Positions 49,739 to 59,620 of a stretch of 64,000 bases of DNA are shown in pieces. How positions within the stretch are numbered: the first letter of the stretch is position 1; each line of letters starts with the position of its first letter. The position numbers and the translations under genes were made by a program. The notes below the pieces were generated by a model, which was not told the DNA's origin, ran no database searches, and saw only the letters and a program-made list of their open reading frames with translations. This DNA comes from Bryobacterales bacterium (GTDB lineage: Bacteria; Acidobacteriota; Terriglobia; Bryobacterales; UBA6623), in the NCBI GenBank assembly GCA_963422375.2, contig OY729427.2:1376001-1440000 (forward strand). Direction: 5' to 3'.

Positions 49739-51431
49739 TGCCCTTCCTCAATTCCTCGGCCAGGTACTCCGCGGTGCGCCACGAAAGGGCGTTGATCGTC
49801 AGCGTCGGGTTCTTGTCGGGGTTGCTGACGAAGCTCGCGCCGTCGGCCACGAACAGGTTCCTGACCTCGTGCGCCTGGCAGTACTTGTTCAGCACCGACG
49901 CGGCCGGGCTGTCCCCCATGCGCGCCGTCCCGACCTCGTGGATGATCGATCCCGGGACCGCGATGCCCTCGCCCTCCCGCGCCGTGTTGCCGATGCCGAG
50001 CACCTTGCCGCCGGCGGCCTCGATCAGGTCGCGGAACGTCCGCTCCATGTGGCGGGCCTGCTTCCATTCGTAGTCGCTGAACGAGAAGTGGAACCGGGGC
50101 ACGGGAATCCCCCAGCGATCGACCACTTCGGGATCGATATCCATGTAGCTCTGGTTGTTCGGGATCATCTCCCCGCGGCCCGACAGCCCGACCAGCGTGC
50201 CGTACGCTTCGCGCGCCCTGCGCTTCAGTTCCCGGCCGTACCCGGCCTCCCGGGCCAGGGCGCCGAAGCTTCCGGGGCCCGGCATGCCGAACCCGCCGCC
50301 CATCTCGATGTGGTAGCCGCGCGGGAAGTCGAGCTTGGAATGCCCGTCCCACAGCCACCACGGCGCGTAGAGGTGGGCCCCGCCGAATCCGTCCGTGTCG
50401 TAGCGCGGCAGGTTCTCCAGAGCGGGCAGGGTGCCCCCCAAGCTGAACCCGACCGTGTCCATCAGGTAGCGCCCGACCAGCCCCGAGCCGTTCGCGATGC
50501 CGTCGGGAAAGTGCTTCGACTTGGAATTGAGCATCAGGCGGGCCGTCTCGCAGGCCGAGGCGGCCAGCACGACCGCCCGCCCGCGCACGCGCCGCTCGGA
50601 GCGGGCCGCCTTGTCGACGTAGATCACTCCGCGGGCGAGGCCCCCGTCGCCGACCTCGACCGCCCGGGCCATCGAGTCCGTGATCACCGTGACGTTTCCG
50701 GTCTCCACGGCGGGGAACACGTCGATCTGCGACGCGGAGTAGTTCGAGGCCGTCAGGCAGCCCCGGCCGCACTGCCCGCAGTAATGGCAGGCCGCACGCC
50801 CGTTGATCGAGCGGGTGATCACGGCGCGCCGGTTGGCGATGAACGGAACGCCGAGCTTCCGGCCAGCCGCGCGGATCAGACGCTCGTGAACCTTCGGCGC
50901 GGGCGGATCGTGAAACTTGCCGTCGGGGGCGCTGGGGATGCCCTCGACCGTCCCCGTGACGCCGATGTACTCCTCGGCCCGGTCGTACCACGGCGCGATG
51001 TCCTCGTAGGAGATCGGCCAGTCCCGACCGATGCCGTCGCGGGAGTACGGCTTGAAGTCCATTTCCGAGAAGCGGAAAGACATCCTCCCGTAGTGGTTGG
51101 TGCGGCCGCCGACAACGCGCGAGCGGAACCACTCGAAGCGAGTTCCCGGAGCCGACGTGTAGGGCTCGCCCTCCAGCTGCCACCCGCCACTGACGGTCGT
51201 GAAGAAGCCGTAGGCCGTGCCCCTGCCGAAATAGGCCCTGCCTCCGTCCTCGGCCCCGCGATGGCCGTAGTCGTGAGGCCACTTGTGGGTCTTGAAATCG
51301 TTCCGCGGGTCGATCATGGGCCCGGCCTCGAGCAGGGCCACCTTCGCGCCCCGCTCGCCTAGAACGCGGGCCATCGTGCCGCCGCCGGCCCCCGCGCCGA
51401 CCACGATCACGTCGTAATCCTTCTCCGCCAC
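49731..51431 (-). CDS. GMC-family flavoprotein oxidoreductase (glycoside 3-dehydrogenase-like)
   Basis: VVGAGAGGG, VGGRTNHYGR, CHYCGQCGRGC Fe-S motif, HEVGTARMG, NPTLTI.AL. Confidence 0.93.
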   Translation of the reverse strand: MAEKDYDVIVVGAGAGGGTMARVLGERGAKVALLEAGPMIDPRNDFKTHKWPHDYGHRGAEDGGRAYFGRGTAYGFFTTVSGGWQLEGEPYTSAPGTRFEWFRSRVVGGRTNHYGRMSFRFSEMDFKPYSRDGIGRDWPISYEDIAPWYDRAEEYIGVTGTVEGIPSAPDGKFHDPPAPKVHERLIRAAGRKLGVPFIANRRAVITRSINGRAACHYCGQCGRGCLTASNYSASQIDVFPAVETGNVTVITDSMARAVEVGDGGLARGVIYVDKAARSERRVRGRAVVLAASACETARLMLNSKSKHFPDGIANGSGLVGRYLMDTVGFSLGGTLPALENLPRYDTDGFGGAHLYAPWWLWDGHSKLDFPRGYHIEMGGGFGMPGPGSFGALAREAGYGRELKRRAREAYGTLVGLSGRGEMIPNNQSYMDIDPEVVDRWGIPVPRFHFSFSDYEWKQARHMERTFRDLIEAAGGKVLGIGNTAREGEGIAVPGSIIHEVGTARMGDSPAASVLNKYCQAHEVRNLFVADGASFVSNPDKNPTLTINALSWRTAEYLAEELRKGNV

Positions 51432-51502
51432 TGCCGTTCGCTTCCTTCCTGCCGGGCCGCGCCCGGCTCCTACCGGACCGCGCGAGACGCGCGAGACCCG
51501 GA

Positions 51503-53458
51503 CTAGTCGATACCGGCGGGCAGCGGATCCGGCCGCTTGCTGGAGACGCCGTCGTACGCTTCCGCGATGGAGATACTATGCTGCGTCAAGGTGTGCCCGG
51601 TAGAGCGGTCCAAGGTGATCTTCGCGTTGGCGTAGGTATTCTGCGTCGCGATCACGTTGGTCCGCGCGTTCGCCAGATCGCGCTGTGCCTGGACCACCTG
51701 GAAGATGGTCGAGGCTCCCAGGTTGTACTTCTTCTGCTCGGCGTCCAAGGTCTGCTCCTGGAGCTCCTGGGCCTTCACCGCCGCCGCGTAGCGGGCGCGC
51801 GCCTGCTGGATGCGGATCACCGCGGACTGCACTTCGGAGCGAATCGCGTTCTCCGCCTGCACTAGGCGGATCTCCTGCTGCCGCTTCTCCAGCAGAGCCG
51901 CGGTGTAGTCCGCCCGCGCCTGGCGGTTCTTGATCGGGATATTCAGCTGCAGCCGCACCTGGTAGTCCGGGAAGTTGCGCCGGAAGAGCTGCCCGCCGGC
52001 CGTGGCGAGACCGCCGAGGAAGAACGGCGCGACGTACGCGCTCTGGCCGGGACTGGCCAGGAACAGGTCGTTCTCCGACCCAGCCAGCGCGTTGTTGGTG
52101 AGGTCGACGATCAAGTCGGCGCTCGGCAGCATGCCGTTCTTCACGCCCATCAGGCCGAGATCGGTGTTCTGGAGGCGGATGCGGTTCTGCGCCATGTCGG
52201 CGCGAGCCCGCAGGGCCACGTCCATCAGCACGGTCAGCGGCTCGAGCTCCTCGGCCATGTCGATCACGATCTCGTCGGTCGGGACCACCTCCGCATGCAG
52301 CAGGGACGGGCTGGCTATGCCGTTCACGCTGATGGCGTCCTTGAGCAGTGTCTCCTGCAGCTGCACCTCGGTCTGCGCCGCCGTCAGGTCGGCCTCGCGG
52401 GCCGCCACCTCGGCCTCGGCGCGGATGATTTCGATCGGGGCCAGCGTGCCGATCTCGACGCGGCGCTTGTTGTCCTCGTAGAGCTTCTTGGCCAGCTCGA
52501 GGTTCTGCCGCTGGCTCTCCACCTGCGCGCGAAGCGAGACGAGGCCCCAGTAAATGCCCGCGACCCGGGTGACGACCTCCTCCACCTGCAGCTTGAATTG
52601 CAGGTTGGAAATCTCGTGGTTGTTCCGCGCCACCTCAATGTTGCGGGTGTTCACCGCCACGCCGAAGCCTTGCAGCAGCGGCTGCGTCACGCGCAGCGTG
52701 AGAGCGCTCACGAGGGAGGGATTGAAGTTGGTCCGCAAGCTGTTCGTGTCGGCGCGCGAGTTCGACCAAACCAGCGCCATCGTGGCGCCGGAGACAAACC
52801 CCTGGCGCATGCCGACCTGCGAGTTGCTGATCTCGCGGACCAAGGTGCTCGTGCCGGTGACGAAGTTGCTCGTCTGCGGGTTGGAGAAGTGGCCCCAGTC
52901 GATGTTACCGAACACCGTCGGGTCCAGGTTCACCGCGGTCGTGCCGAAGAACGTGCTGGCATCGCCGACGGCGGCCGCGCCGCCCCCGCCCACTCCTGCG
53001 CCGCCCGCGCCGCCCCCCCCGGCACGTTGGGTGATACCCGTCGCCTGGCCCTGCGGCCCGCCGCCGCCGGTGTCGCCCAAGCCCGTAGAGAGGGTGCTGA
53101 TCTGGTTCTGCACGCCGCGCAGCTGGGAGCCCGACTTCGCCCGCATCAAATCATTCGCCGCGCTCTGGGGCCCGTAGCGCGCCCATGCGATATCGAGATT
53201 GTTCTCGATCGCGAGCGCCAGCGCGTCGGACAGGGACACGTAGAGCTTGGCCTCGTACAGCAGGGAGTCCAGCCGGCTCGAGTTCGACAGGGAGATATCG
53301 GGAATTTCCGGGGACTTGAAGACCGGGCCGAAGGGCCACGTCGGAATACCCTCGCTGTAATCGACGGGCTTGGACCGGACGGACTGGGCGCTGGCGAGCG
53401 GCTGAAAGGCCAGCGCCGCAGCGACAAGCAGCGACAGTTCGAGTTTCCTGTGATTCAT
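51503..53458 (-). CDS. TolC-family outer-membrane efflux protein
   Basis: Signal peptide; LSDALALAIENNLDI, QPLLQGFG, AEQKKYNLGAST..QVVQAQRDL. Confidence 0.9.
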   Translation of the reverse strand: MNHRKLELSLLVAAALAFQPLASAQSVRSKPVDYSEGIPTWPFGPVFKSPEIPDISLSNSSRLDSLLYEAKLYVSLSDALALAIENNLDIAWARYGPQSAANDLMRAKSGSQLRGVQNQISTLSTGLGDTGGGGPQGQATGITQRAGGGGAGGAGVGGGGAAAVGDASTFFGTTAVNLDPTVFGNIDWGHFSNPQTSNFVTGTSTLVREISNSQVGMRQGFVSGATMALVWSNSRADTNSLRTNFNPSLVSALTLRVTQPLLQGFGVAVNTRNIEVARNNHEISNLQFKLQVEEVVTRVAGIYWGLVSLRAQVESQRQNLELAKKLYEDNKRRVEIGTLAPIEIIRAEAEVAAREADLTAAQTEVQLQETLLKDAISVNGIASPSLLHAEVVPTDEIVIDMAEELEPLTVLMDVALRARADMAQNRIRLQNTDLGLMGVKNGMLPSADLIVDLTNNALAGSENDLFLASPGQSAYVAPFFLGGLATAGGQLFRRNFPDYQVRLQLNIPIKNRQARADYTAALLEKRQQEIRLVQAENAIRSEVQSAVIRIQQARARYAAAVKAQELQEQTLDAEQKKYNLGASTIFQVVQAQRDLANARTNVIATQNTYANAKITLDRSTGHTLTQHSISIAEAYDGVSSKRPDPLPAGID

Positions 53459-53580
53459 GAGGGGGCTGACCGATGCAAGGCGCTTGCCTCGGGACGCAGA
53501 ATCCCAGTTAGGATAGACGTTCCGGCGGGCGCGAAGGTTACCCCGCCGCGCCCGGGGGGCCGCGCTACGCTGCCTTGGTG

Positions 53581-54348
53581 ATGGCGCCCGAACGAACTTG
53601 GAAGATCACTCTAGCCTACGACGGCACGGGCTTCTCGGGCTGGCAGATCCAGCCGGGCCAGCCGACGGTCCAAGGGCGCCTCGAGACGGCCCTGGCGCGC
53701 ATCGAGGGCGCGCCCGTCAGGGCCGCGGGCTCGGGCAGGACGGATGCCGGCGTCCACGCGCTGGGGCAGGTCGCCTCCTGCACGATGGGCAACCCGCTCC
53801 CGCCCAGCGGCCTGCTCAAGGCGCTCAACCGCCTGCTGCCCGCGTCCGTCCGCGTGACCGACGCGCGCGCAGCGCCCGCCGGCTTCCACGCCCGGCACGC
53901 CGCGACGGCCAAGACCTACGAGTACCGCATCCTGAGGGCGGCGATCTGCCCGCCGTTCGACGCCCGGTACGTTTACTGGCACCCTTACCCGCTGGACGAG
54001 GAGGCCATGCGCCGGGCGGCCGGCCGCTTCGAGGGCCTGCGCGACTTCCGCTCGTTCGCCTCCGAGACCCGGGGCGCTCCCGAATCGTCCGTGCGGACGG
54101 TGTTCTCGTCCGAGGTGCGCCGCGAGCGCGACCGCCTGGTCTACCGCGTGAGGGGTTCCGGATTCATGTACCGTATGGTGCGCAACCTAGTGGGCACGCT
54201 TCTGGAGGTGGGACGGGGCAATCTGAAGCCCGACGACATGGATCGCATCCTAGCGGCGCGCGACCGCAGGGCCGCCGGCCCGACCGCGGCAGCTCGCGGC
54301 CTGTTTCTCGCAAGCGTCGAGTACCCGGACGATTCCGGCGGCGGCTAG
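53581..54348 (+). CDS. truA: tRNA pseudouridine(38-40) synthase
   Basis: YDGTGFSGWQ, GSGRTDAGVHA, FHAR, FMYRMVR, PTAAARGLFL. Confidence 0.97.
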   Translation: MAPERTWKITLAYDGTGFSGWQIQPGQPTVQGRLETALARIEGAPVRAAGSGRTDAGVHALGQVASCTMGNPLPPSGLLKALNRLLPASVRVTDARAAPAGFHARHAATAKTYEYRILRAAICPPFDARYVYWHPYPLDEEAMRRAAGRFEGLRDFRSFASETRGAPESSVRTVFSSEVRRERDRLVYRVRGSGFMYRMVRNLVGTLLEVGRGNLKPDDMDRILAARDRRAAGPTAAARGLFLASVEYPDDSGGG

Positions 54349-55244
54349 CGAGTTCTCGAGACGATGAGCTCGGCCAGGGCCGGCAGCGCGCCCGCGCGGC
54401 CGCCGAAGGCTTCGAGCGCGGCCAAGGCGTCGCCGAGGCATTCCCGCGCCCGGGCGCGGGAGGCGTCGATCCCGTGGACCGCGGGGAACGTGGCCTTGCT
54501 CTGGCGCTGGTCCTTTCCGGCGGTCTTGCCCAGCTCGGCGGAAGTGGCAACCACGTCCAAGATGTCGTCGACGATCTGGAACGCGAGGCCGATCGAGTCG
54601 CCGAACGCGCCGAGCGCGTCCAGGCGCCGGGCATCCGCACCGGCGCAGAGCGCCCCGCAGCGCACCGAGGCACGAATGAGCGCAGCCGTCTTGGCGCGAT
54701 GGATGTAGTCCAGTTCATCCGGGCCGGTCACGCCCCGCTCGGCCTCGAGATCGGCCACCTGGCCGCCGATCATGCCGTCCCGGGTGCCCGCGGCCGCGGC
54801 CAGCTCCGCCACCAGCCGCACGCCGGTCCCGGCAGGAAGGTCCAGGCCCGCGAGAATCCCGAACGCGAGCGTCAGCAGGGCGTCACCCGCGAGCACGGCG
54901 ACGGCCTCGCCGAAGGCCTTGTGGCAGGTGGGCTGGCCGCGCCGCAGGTCGTCGTCGTCGAGCGCCGGCAGGTCGTCGTGGATAAGCGAGTAGGTATGCA
55001 CGCACTCGAGCGCGCACGCCGCTCCCAGCGCTGCCCCGGGCCGCCCGCAGGCCTCCGCGGCGGCGATCGCCAGGATCGGTCGGATGCGCTTGCCGCCCGC
55101 GAACAGGCTGTGGCGCATGGCCGAATGGATGGTGCCCGGCGGCGCGGCGCGCGGCGGCAGGCACCGGTCCAAGGCTTGGTCGACCTGCCGCCGGCGCTCG
55201 GCCAAGTACGCCGCCAAGTCCGCGGGGCCGGCGGCGGCGCTCAT
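54345..55244 (-). CDS. ispA: Geranyltranstransferase / farnesyl diphosphate synthase
   Basis: GGKRIRP, SLIHDDLPALDDDDLRRG, FQIVDDILD, GKTAGKD; follows xseB. Confidence 0.93.
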   Translation of the reverse strand: MSAAAGPADLAAYLAERRRQVDQALDRCLPPRAAPPGTIHSAMRHSLFAGGKRIRPILAIAAAEACGRPGAALGAACALECVHTYSLIHDDLPALDDDDLRRGQPTCHKAFGEAVAVLAGDALLTLAFGILAGLDLPAGTGVRLVAELAAAAGTRDGMIGGQVADLEAERGVTGPDELDYIHRAKTAALIRASVRCGALCAGADARRLDALGAFGDSIGLAFQIVDDILDVVATSAELGKTAGKDQRQSKATFPAVHGIDASRARARECLGDALAALEAFGGRAGALPALAELIVSRTR

Positions 55245-55483
55245 CCGTCCCGATCAAGATCGAAGGGCTTGGGAGCGTAGTCGGTTCCCTTCCTTGTCAG
55301 GATCTCGACCTTCGATTCGGCCTCGTCAAGCTGCTTGCGAAGGCCGCTGCTGAGCTGGATTCCCTGTTCGAAGAGCTCGACGGATTGCTCCAGCGAGACG
55401 TCGCCATCCTCGAGCTTCTTGACGATGCCCTCCAGCTTCTCCAGCCCGCGCTCGAAGGAGAGTTCTTGCGAATCGTCGGACAT
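55241..55483 (-). CDS. xseB: Exodeoxyribonuclease VII small subunit
   Basis: SFERGLEKLEGIVKKLEDGDVSLEQSVELFEQG...LDEAESKVEIL. Confidence 0.96.
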   Translation of the reverse strand: MSDDSQELSFERGLEKLEGIVKKLEDGDVSLEQSVELFEQGIQLSSGLRKQLDEAESKVEILTRKGTDYAPKPFDLDRDG

Positions 55484-55591
55484 GGCCCCTCTTGGGGGTC
55501 ATTGTACCGATGTCCCTGCCCGGTCTGAATGCGCGGGCACGGGCGCGGTGCCGCGCACGGCGAGGCCGACGCCCTGCTCGCCGTTGCGACA

Positions 55592-56878
55592 ATGGCTTGC
55601 CCAATGCCGCCCTTCCCCTGGAGTCTCGCGGAAATCCAGTCGCAGCTACGCGCAGGCGAACTGTCGCCGCGGCAAGTCCTGCGAGCCTCCGAGGAGGCGA
55701 TCCGCACGCAAGAGCCCCGGATCCGAGCCTGGAGCTGGCTCGGGCTAAGCGAGGCGCGGGCCAGGGCGCGCCGGTCCGAAGCCGCGGCCGGCAGCGAGGG
55801 CACCAGCCCGCTGCTCGGCGTGCCGTACGCCGTCAAGGACATCTTCGACACCGCCGGAAGCCCGACCGAGTGGGGCACGGAGACGCAGCGCGGGCGGGTA
55901 CCGGACAGGGACTGCGACCTCGTGGCGAAGCTGAACTCCCTAGGGGCGGTGCTGGTCGGCAAGACCCACACGACGGCCTACGCCTACTACGACCCCGGAC
56001 CCACGCGGAACCCGCGCGACCTCGGGCGCACGCCGGGCGGCTCCTCGAGCGGGTCGGCCGCGGCCGTCGCGGCCGGCATGGTGCCGCTGGCGGTCGGCAG
56101 CCAGACGCAGGGGTCGGTGCTGCGCCCGGCGTCGTTCTGCGGCATCGCGGGATTCAAGCCCAGCTACGGCCTCCTGCCCCTCGGCGGCGTCATGCGGTTC
56201 GCCCCCACGCTGGACCATGCCGGCCTGCTTGCGGCGACGGCGGCCGACCTGCGGGTCGCGTGGCGGGCGCTCGGCTTCGAGACCGGCTCGGATCCGTCCG
56301 GCGTGGCCGTTCTTGACTGGCCTCCGGGCGAGCGGGTCGAGCCGAGCATGGCAGCGGCGTTCCGCGCGGCCGCGCAGTCCCTGGCCGCGGCCGGGCTGCC
56401 CTTGACCTTCGCGACGCGGCCGGCCTTCTTCGAGACCCTGCCCGCCGCCTTGCGGACCGTCATGGCCCGCGAAGCGGCGACCGAGCACGGCGACCGCTAC
56501 CGCAGGTTCGGACGGAGAATCGGTGCGCAGCTCGCGGCCCTGCTCGAAGAGGGGCTCGAGATCGGGGAGGAGCGTTACCGCGCGGCGCGGCGGGTGCTCC
56601 TGCGGTGTCGCGATGCGTTCGCGGAGTGGGCCGTGCGGCACCCCGTCGTAGCAACGCCCGCGGCCCCCGGGCCCGCACCCCGCGGCCTGGGATCGACGGG
56701 CGACCCCCGCTGCAACGCGCCGTTCACCGCGCTGGGAGCTCCCGCGATCTCGATCCCGCTGCCGACCGCGCCCGGCGGCGAGCCCATGGGCCTGCAACTG
56801 GCCGCGGCTCCCGGCGGGGACGCTGGCCTGCTGGCGACGGCCGCGCTCTGCGAGGCCCTGCTGGCCCGCTCCGGCTGA
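55592..56878 (+). CDS. Amidase signature family enzyme
   Basis: VKDIFD, GKT.TT, TPGGSSSGSAAAV, GSQTQGSVLRPASFCG. Confidence 0.93.
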   Translation: MACPMPPFPWSLAEIQSQLRAGELSPRQVLRASEEAIRTQEPRIRAWSWLGLSEARARARRSEAAAGSEGTSPLLGVPYAVKDIFDTAGSPTEWGTETQRGRVPDRDCDLVAKLNSLGAVLVGKTHTTAYAYYDPGPTRNPRDLGRTPGGSSSGSAAAVAAGMVPLAVGSQTQGSVLRPASFCGIAGFKPSYGLLPLGGVMRFAPTLDHAGLLAATAADLRVAWRALGFETGSDPSGVAVLDWPPGERVEPSMAAAFRAAAQSLAAAGLPLTFATRPAFFETLPAALRTVMAREAATEHGDRYRRFGRRIGAQLAALLEEGLEIGEERYRAARRVLLRCRDAFAEWAVRHPVVATPAAPGPAPRGLGSTGDPRCNAPFTALGAPAISIPLPTAPGGEPMGLQLAAAPGGDAGLLATAALCEALLARSG

Positions 56879-56899
56879 CCCCCGGGCTGGGAACATAGG

Positions 56900-57620
56900 C
56901 GCGAACGGCGGCCGAAGAACTCCCGTCGGCGTGGCGCCGTGAGCGCGGGTCGGCTCGCCGCAGCAACGTGATAGCCGGCGCGGAGATGTTCATCGTCGGC
57001 ACCGACTCGGACGGGATCAACCTGCTGATCTGCATGATCGTGCAGACCGACTCGCAGGCGAAGGTCATGGCCGTGAGGGTCCGCACGCGCGAATTCCAGC
57101 AGTGGGGCCGCATCCTGAACCGGATGGGCCTCCGGGCCGACCGCATCATCCACCCCGAGACGACGATCATGTGGAGCGTCATGCGCGTGCTGCAACGTTC
57201 GGGCGTATCGGAGCTCCTGGATTTCGCCGACGGCCTCATCGAGCTGCTCGGCGAAACATCGATCCCGGCAGCTGGTTCGCGGGCAAGAGCGTCTAGGATC
57301 TCGACCAAGCGGGCCCGCCGGGCAACAGCCTGATCGCGATGATCTTCCGCGGCCCGCAGGTCATCATCCCGCACGGGTCCCAGCGCCTCGAGCCGGGTGA
57401 CCACGTCAATCTCTGCACTACCGCAGAGAACTTCGAGGCCGTGTTTGGGTCATGGGCAACTGGCCCAGCAAGTCGGTGCGCCGGGGCGTGCTCGTCGGCG
57501 CGTGGCAGCTCGGACTCTGGCTGCCGCAGGAGCGCGAGCGCGAGGGCGTCTCGGCGAAGCTGATCGAACGCGACCCGGCGCGCTGCGAGATGGACTCGAA
57601 GATTCTGGTGGCTCGAGAAT
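56900..57620 (+). pseudogene. trkA: Trk potassium uptake protein TrkA remnant
   Basis: AEMFIVGTDSDGINL..C, IIHPE, DFADGLIEL, then frameshifts and stop, IFRGPQVIIPHGSQRLEPGDHV, AKLIERDPARCE. Confidence 0.8.
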
Positions 57621-57659
57621 TCAAGCTCATGGTCGAGCCCCACGGCGTCTTCGCGCTCC

Positions 57660-57925
57660 GCTTCGGCGGGCAAGTCGTCCCAAACGAACACATCCACACG
57701 AAACGGTAAGTCGCTCTCGTCAAATTTCTCTCTCAAATCACTTACTCTGTCTCACTGATCAGGTGCTGAGAGCACTACAATATCAAGGTCAGAATTGGGC
57801 CGTGAAGTCCACTTCACCTTCGATCCGTAGACCCATACTGGCACTCCCAAGAGGTGCGCTCGGAGCAACTCCTGAACACTCCTATATTGCTCCGCAGTGA
57901 TATCGATGGCTCGTAGTACTCCCAT
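57660..57925 (-). pseudogene. Minimal nucleotidyltransferase (MNT antitoxin) with in-frame stop
   Basis: Own translation: MGVLRAIDITAEQYRSVQELLRAHLLGVPVWVYGSKVKWTSRPNSDLDIVVLSAPDQ*DRVSDLREKFDESDLPFRVDVFVWDDLP. GS...DLD motif; TGA at 57752-57754. Confidence 0.85.
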
Positions 57926-58332
57926 GGCATCCCGCTCAGAGTCGCATACAGGCCGATGGCGTCATCGATGAAATGCGACAAGAGCGCGATACAAGCCTCC
58001 ACTGTCTCGCCATCGCAGTCGTGCGATGTGGCAATTCGAGTGTTGGCGTATCGAATCCACTGCTCTATCTGGGACGACAGCAAATTGTTGTGGTCGGCCA
58101 GTCGGAATACACCCTTGGGGCTGTTGGGAGCATTAGGCACAGCCAGCTCTTCATCAAGATAACGCTTCAGGACCTTCCACAGGCAATCGTAGCAGGTCTT
58201 GAACCGATGGATGACCGATTCAGCAAGGGCCTCTTGGAGATGATGCGCAAGGTAGGAGTCTTGTCGATGACGGTATTCGTGCAGTTCCTCGAGACGCTTG
58301 AGAGACAAGCAAAATTTGTCAAAGGAGATCAT
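57814..58332 (-). CDS. HEPN-domain nucleotidyltransferase substrate-binding protein (HI0074-type toxin), natural stop apparently lost
   Basis: ESVIHRFKTCYDCLWKVLKRYL, SPKGVFRLA, RIATSH (RxxxxH). The domain ends at SGMPWE where the MNT ATG overlaps, then the frame reads on. Confidence 0.82.
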   Translation of the reverse strand: MISFDKFCLSLKRLEELHEYRHRQDSYLAHHLQEALAESVIHRFKTCYDCLWKVLKRYLDEELAVPNAPNSPKGVFRLADHNNLLSSQIEQWIRYANTRIATSHDCDGETVEACIALLSHFIDDAIGLYATLSGMPWEYYEPSISLRSNIGVFRSCSERTSWECQYGSTDRR

Positions 58333-58334
58333 CT

Positions 58335-58635
58335 CTCATTCCTTGCCATGGAGACTCTGTCGAAGTCGGCTACAGTCGATCTCTCGCGATGGCGACGGAG
58401 ATTTTGCTAGAGCAGCGCCAGGAGTAGCCAAGTCTACGGCGAGTAATTCGACCTTAGACTCGGTACATCCTTCTCATTACAACCTAAGACAGAGTTCACG
58501 TGTCCAGTTTGGATGGAAATCGATACTGGCGATAACACACGGTGAAATCCGACCGATACAGTCTTCACAGCGCACGCCTGAGACTTGAATTACATGCCCA
58601 TGGAATCGGAGAAAATGCAACTCTTTACAGGGCAT
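58335..58635 (-). pseudogene. Possible hsdS remnant
   Basis: ATG overlaps the hsdM stop (TGATG), low GC, and it occupies the position expected for hsdS. No clear motif is left. Confidence 0.3.
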
Positions 58636-59620
58636 CAATCCCTCCATAATCCCAAAGTACTGAGGTTGAAATTCACGGCAGAATCCAGCCGATTTCATTC
58701 TGCTTTCTGCTCGCTCAGGGCCTTGGCCAGCCGCTTCATCCTCGCCTCGAACGGCTCTTAGTTATCCTTCGGAATCTTCAAGACGACGGAGCGTCCAGGT
58801 ACGAGCACGTAGCCATTCGAGCGAATCTCGGCCACCGATACGCTCCTGCAGAAGTCTGGAATATCCGAATAATCGCCAGTGTCTTTCGCATTTTTCCACG
58901 TGCCATAGGTCTCAGTAACACGGGCGATATCGCCGTCCTCCAGTGCGCGATGCGTAGGACTCAGCATGTGACCGAGCCCGCGTACATCAACACACAGGAT
59001 AGGGGCACCGCGCTGTCGCCCACGCGCCAGCAGCCAGAGACAGGACGGCCTCTGGGTTGAGAAAAAGAGCTGTCCGGGCAGAGCCACGATGCAATCCACG
59101 AGATCGGCATCGATCAACACCTTCCTGATTTCGCGTTCTGCCCTCTGAATCGATGACATCGACTCGTTGGCCAGCACGAGGCCAGCATGACCCGAAGGCG
59201 CTAGATGACCAATGCAATGCTGCACCCAAGCAAAATTGGCGTTGCGTCTCGGGGGAAGTCCGAAATGCCAGCGCTTGTCGCTCGTCAGACTCTCCTTGCC
59301 CCACTCGTAGCCGTTGAATGGCGGATGCGCCAAAACGATGTCGGCCTCCAAGCCCGCGTGACGGTCATCGTGAAAGCTGTCCGCTTGAGCGACAATGCCG
59401 TCGATGCCTCGGATGGCGAGATTCATCCGTGCGAGTCTCCAAGTCTCGAAGTCGGCTTCTTGGGCGTAGAGGCTAATCGTGTCGCGCACGCTGCCGCCTC
59501 GGCTGCGAGCTCGCGAGTGGGCGCGCATGAAGTCGCCCGCCCGAGCAAGCAAGCATGCCGGAAGAACCGCAACAGGGATCGAAGATTCGGCCGCCCTCTG
59601 GATTGAGCATCTCGACAAGC
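58635..59620 (-). pseudogene. hsdM: Type I restriction-modification methyltransferase HsdM, 3' part
   Basis: LVEMLNPEGGRIFDPCCGSSGM, frameshift, YAQE...TWRLARMNLAIRGI, AHPPFN (NPPF altered), NANFAWVQH, VDCIVALPGQLF; tail continues through two stops: *EPFEARMKRL...*NRLDSAVNFNLSTLG. Confidence 0.9.

Noticed and set aside
57752..57754. In-frame TGA in MNT as selenocysteine or programmed read-through
   Set aside because: Not a Cys/catalytic position, and the neighbouring genes carry multiple stops and frameshifts, so decay is the simpler explanation.
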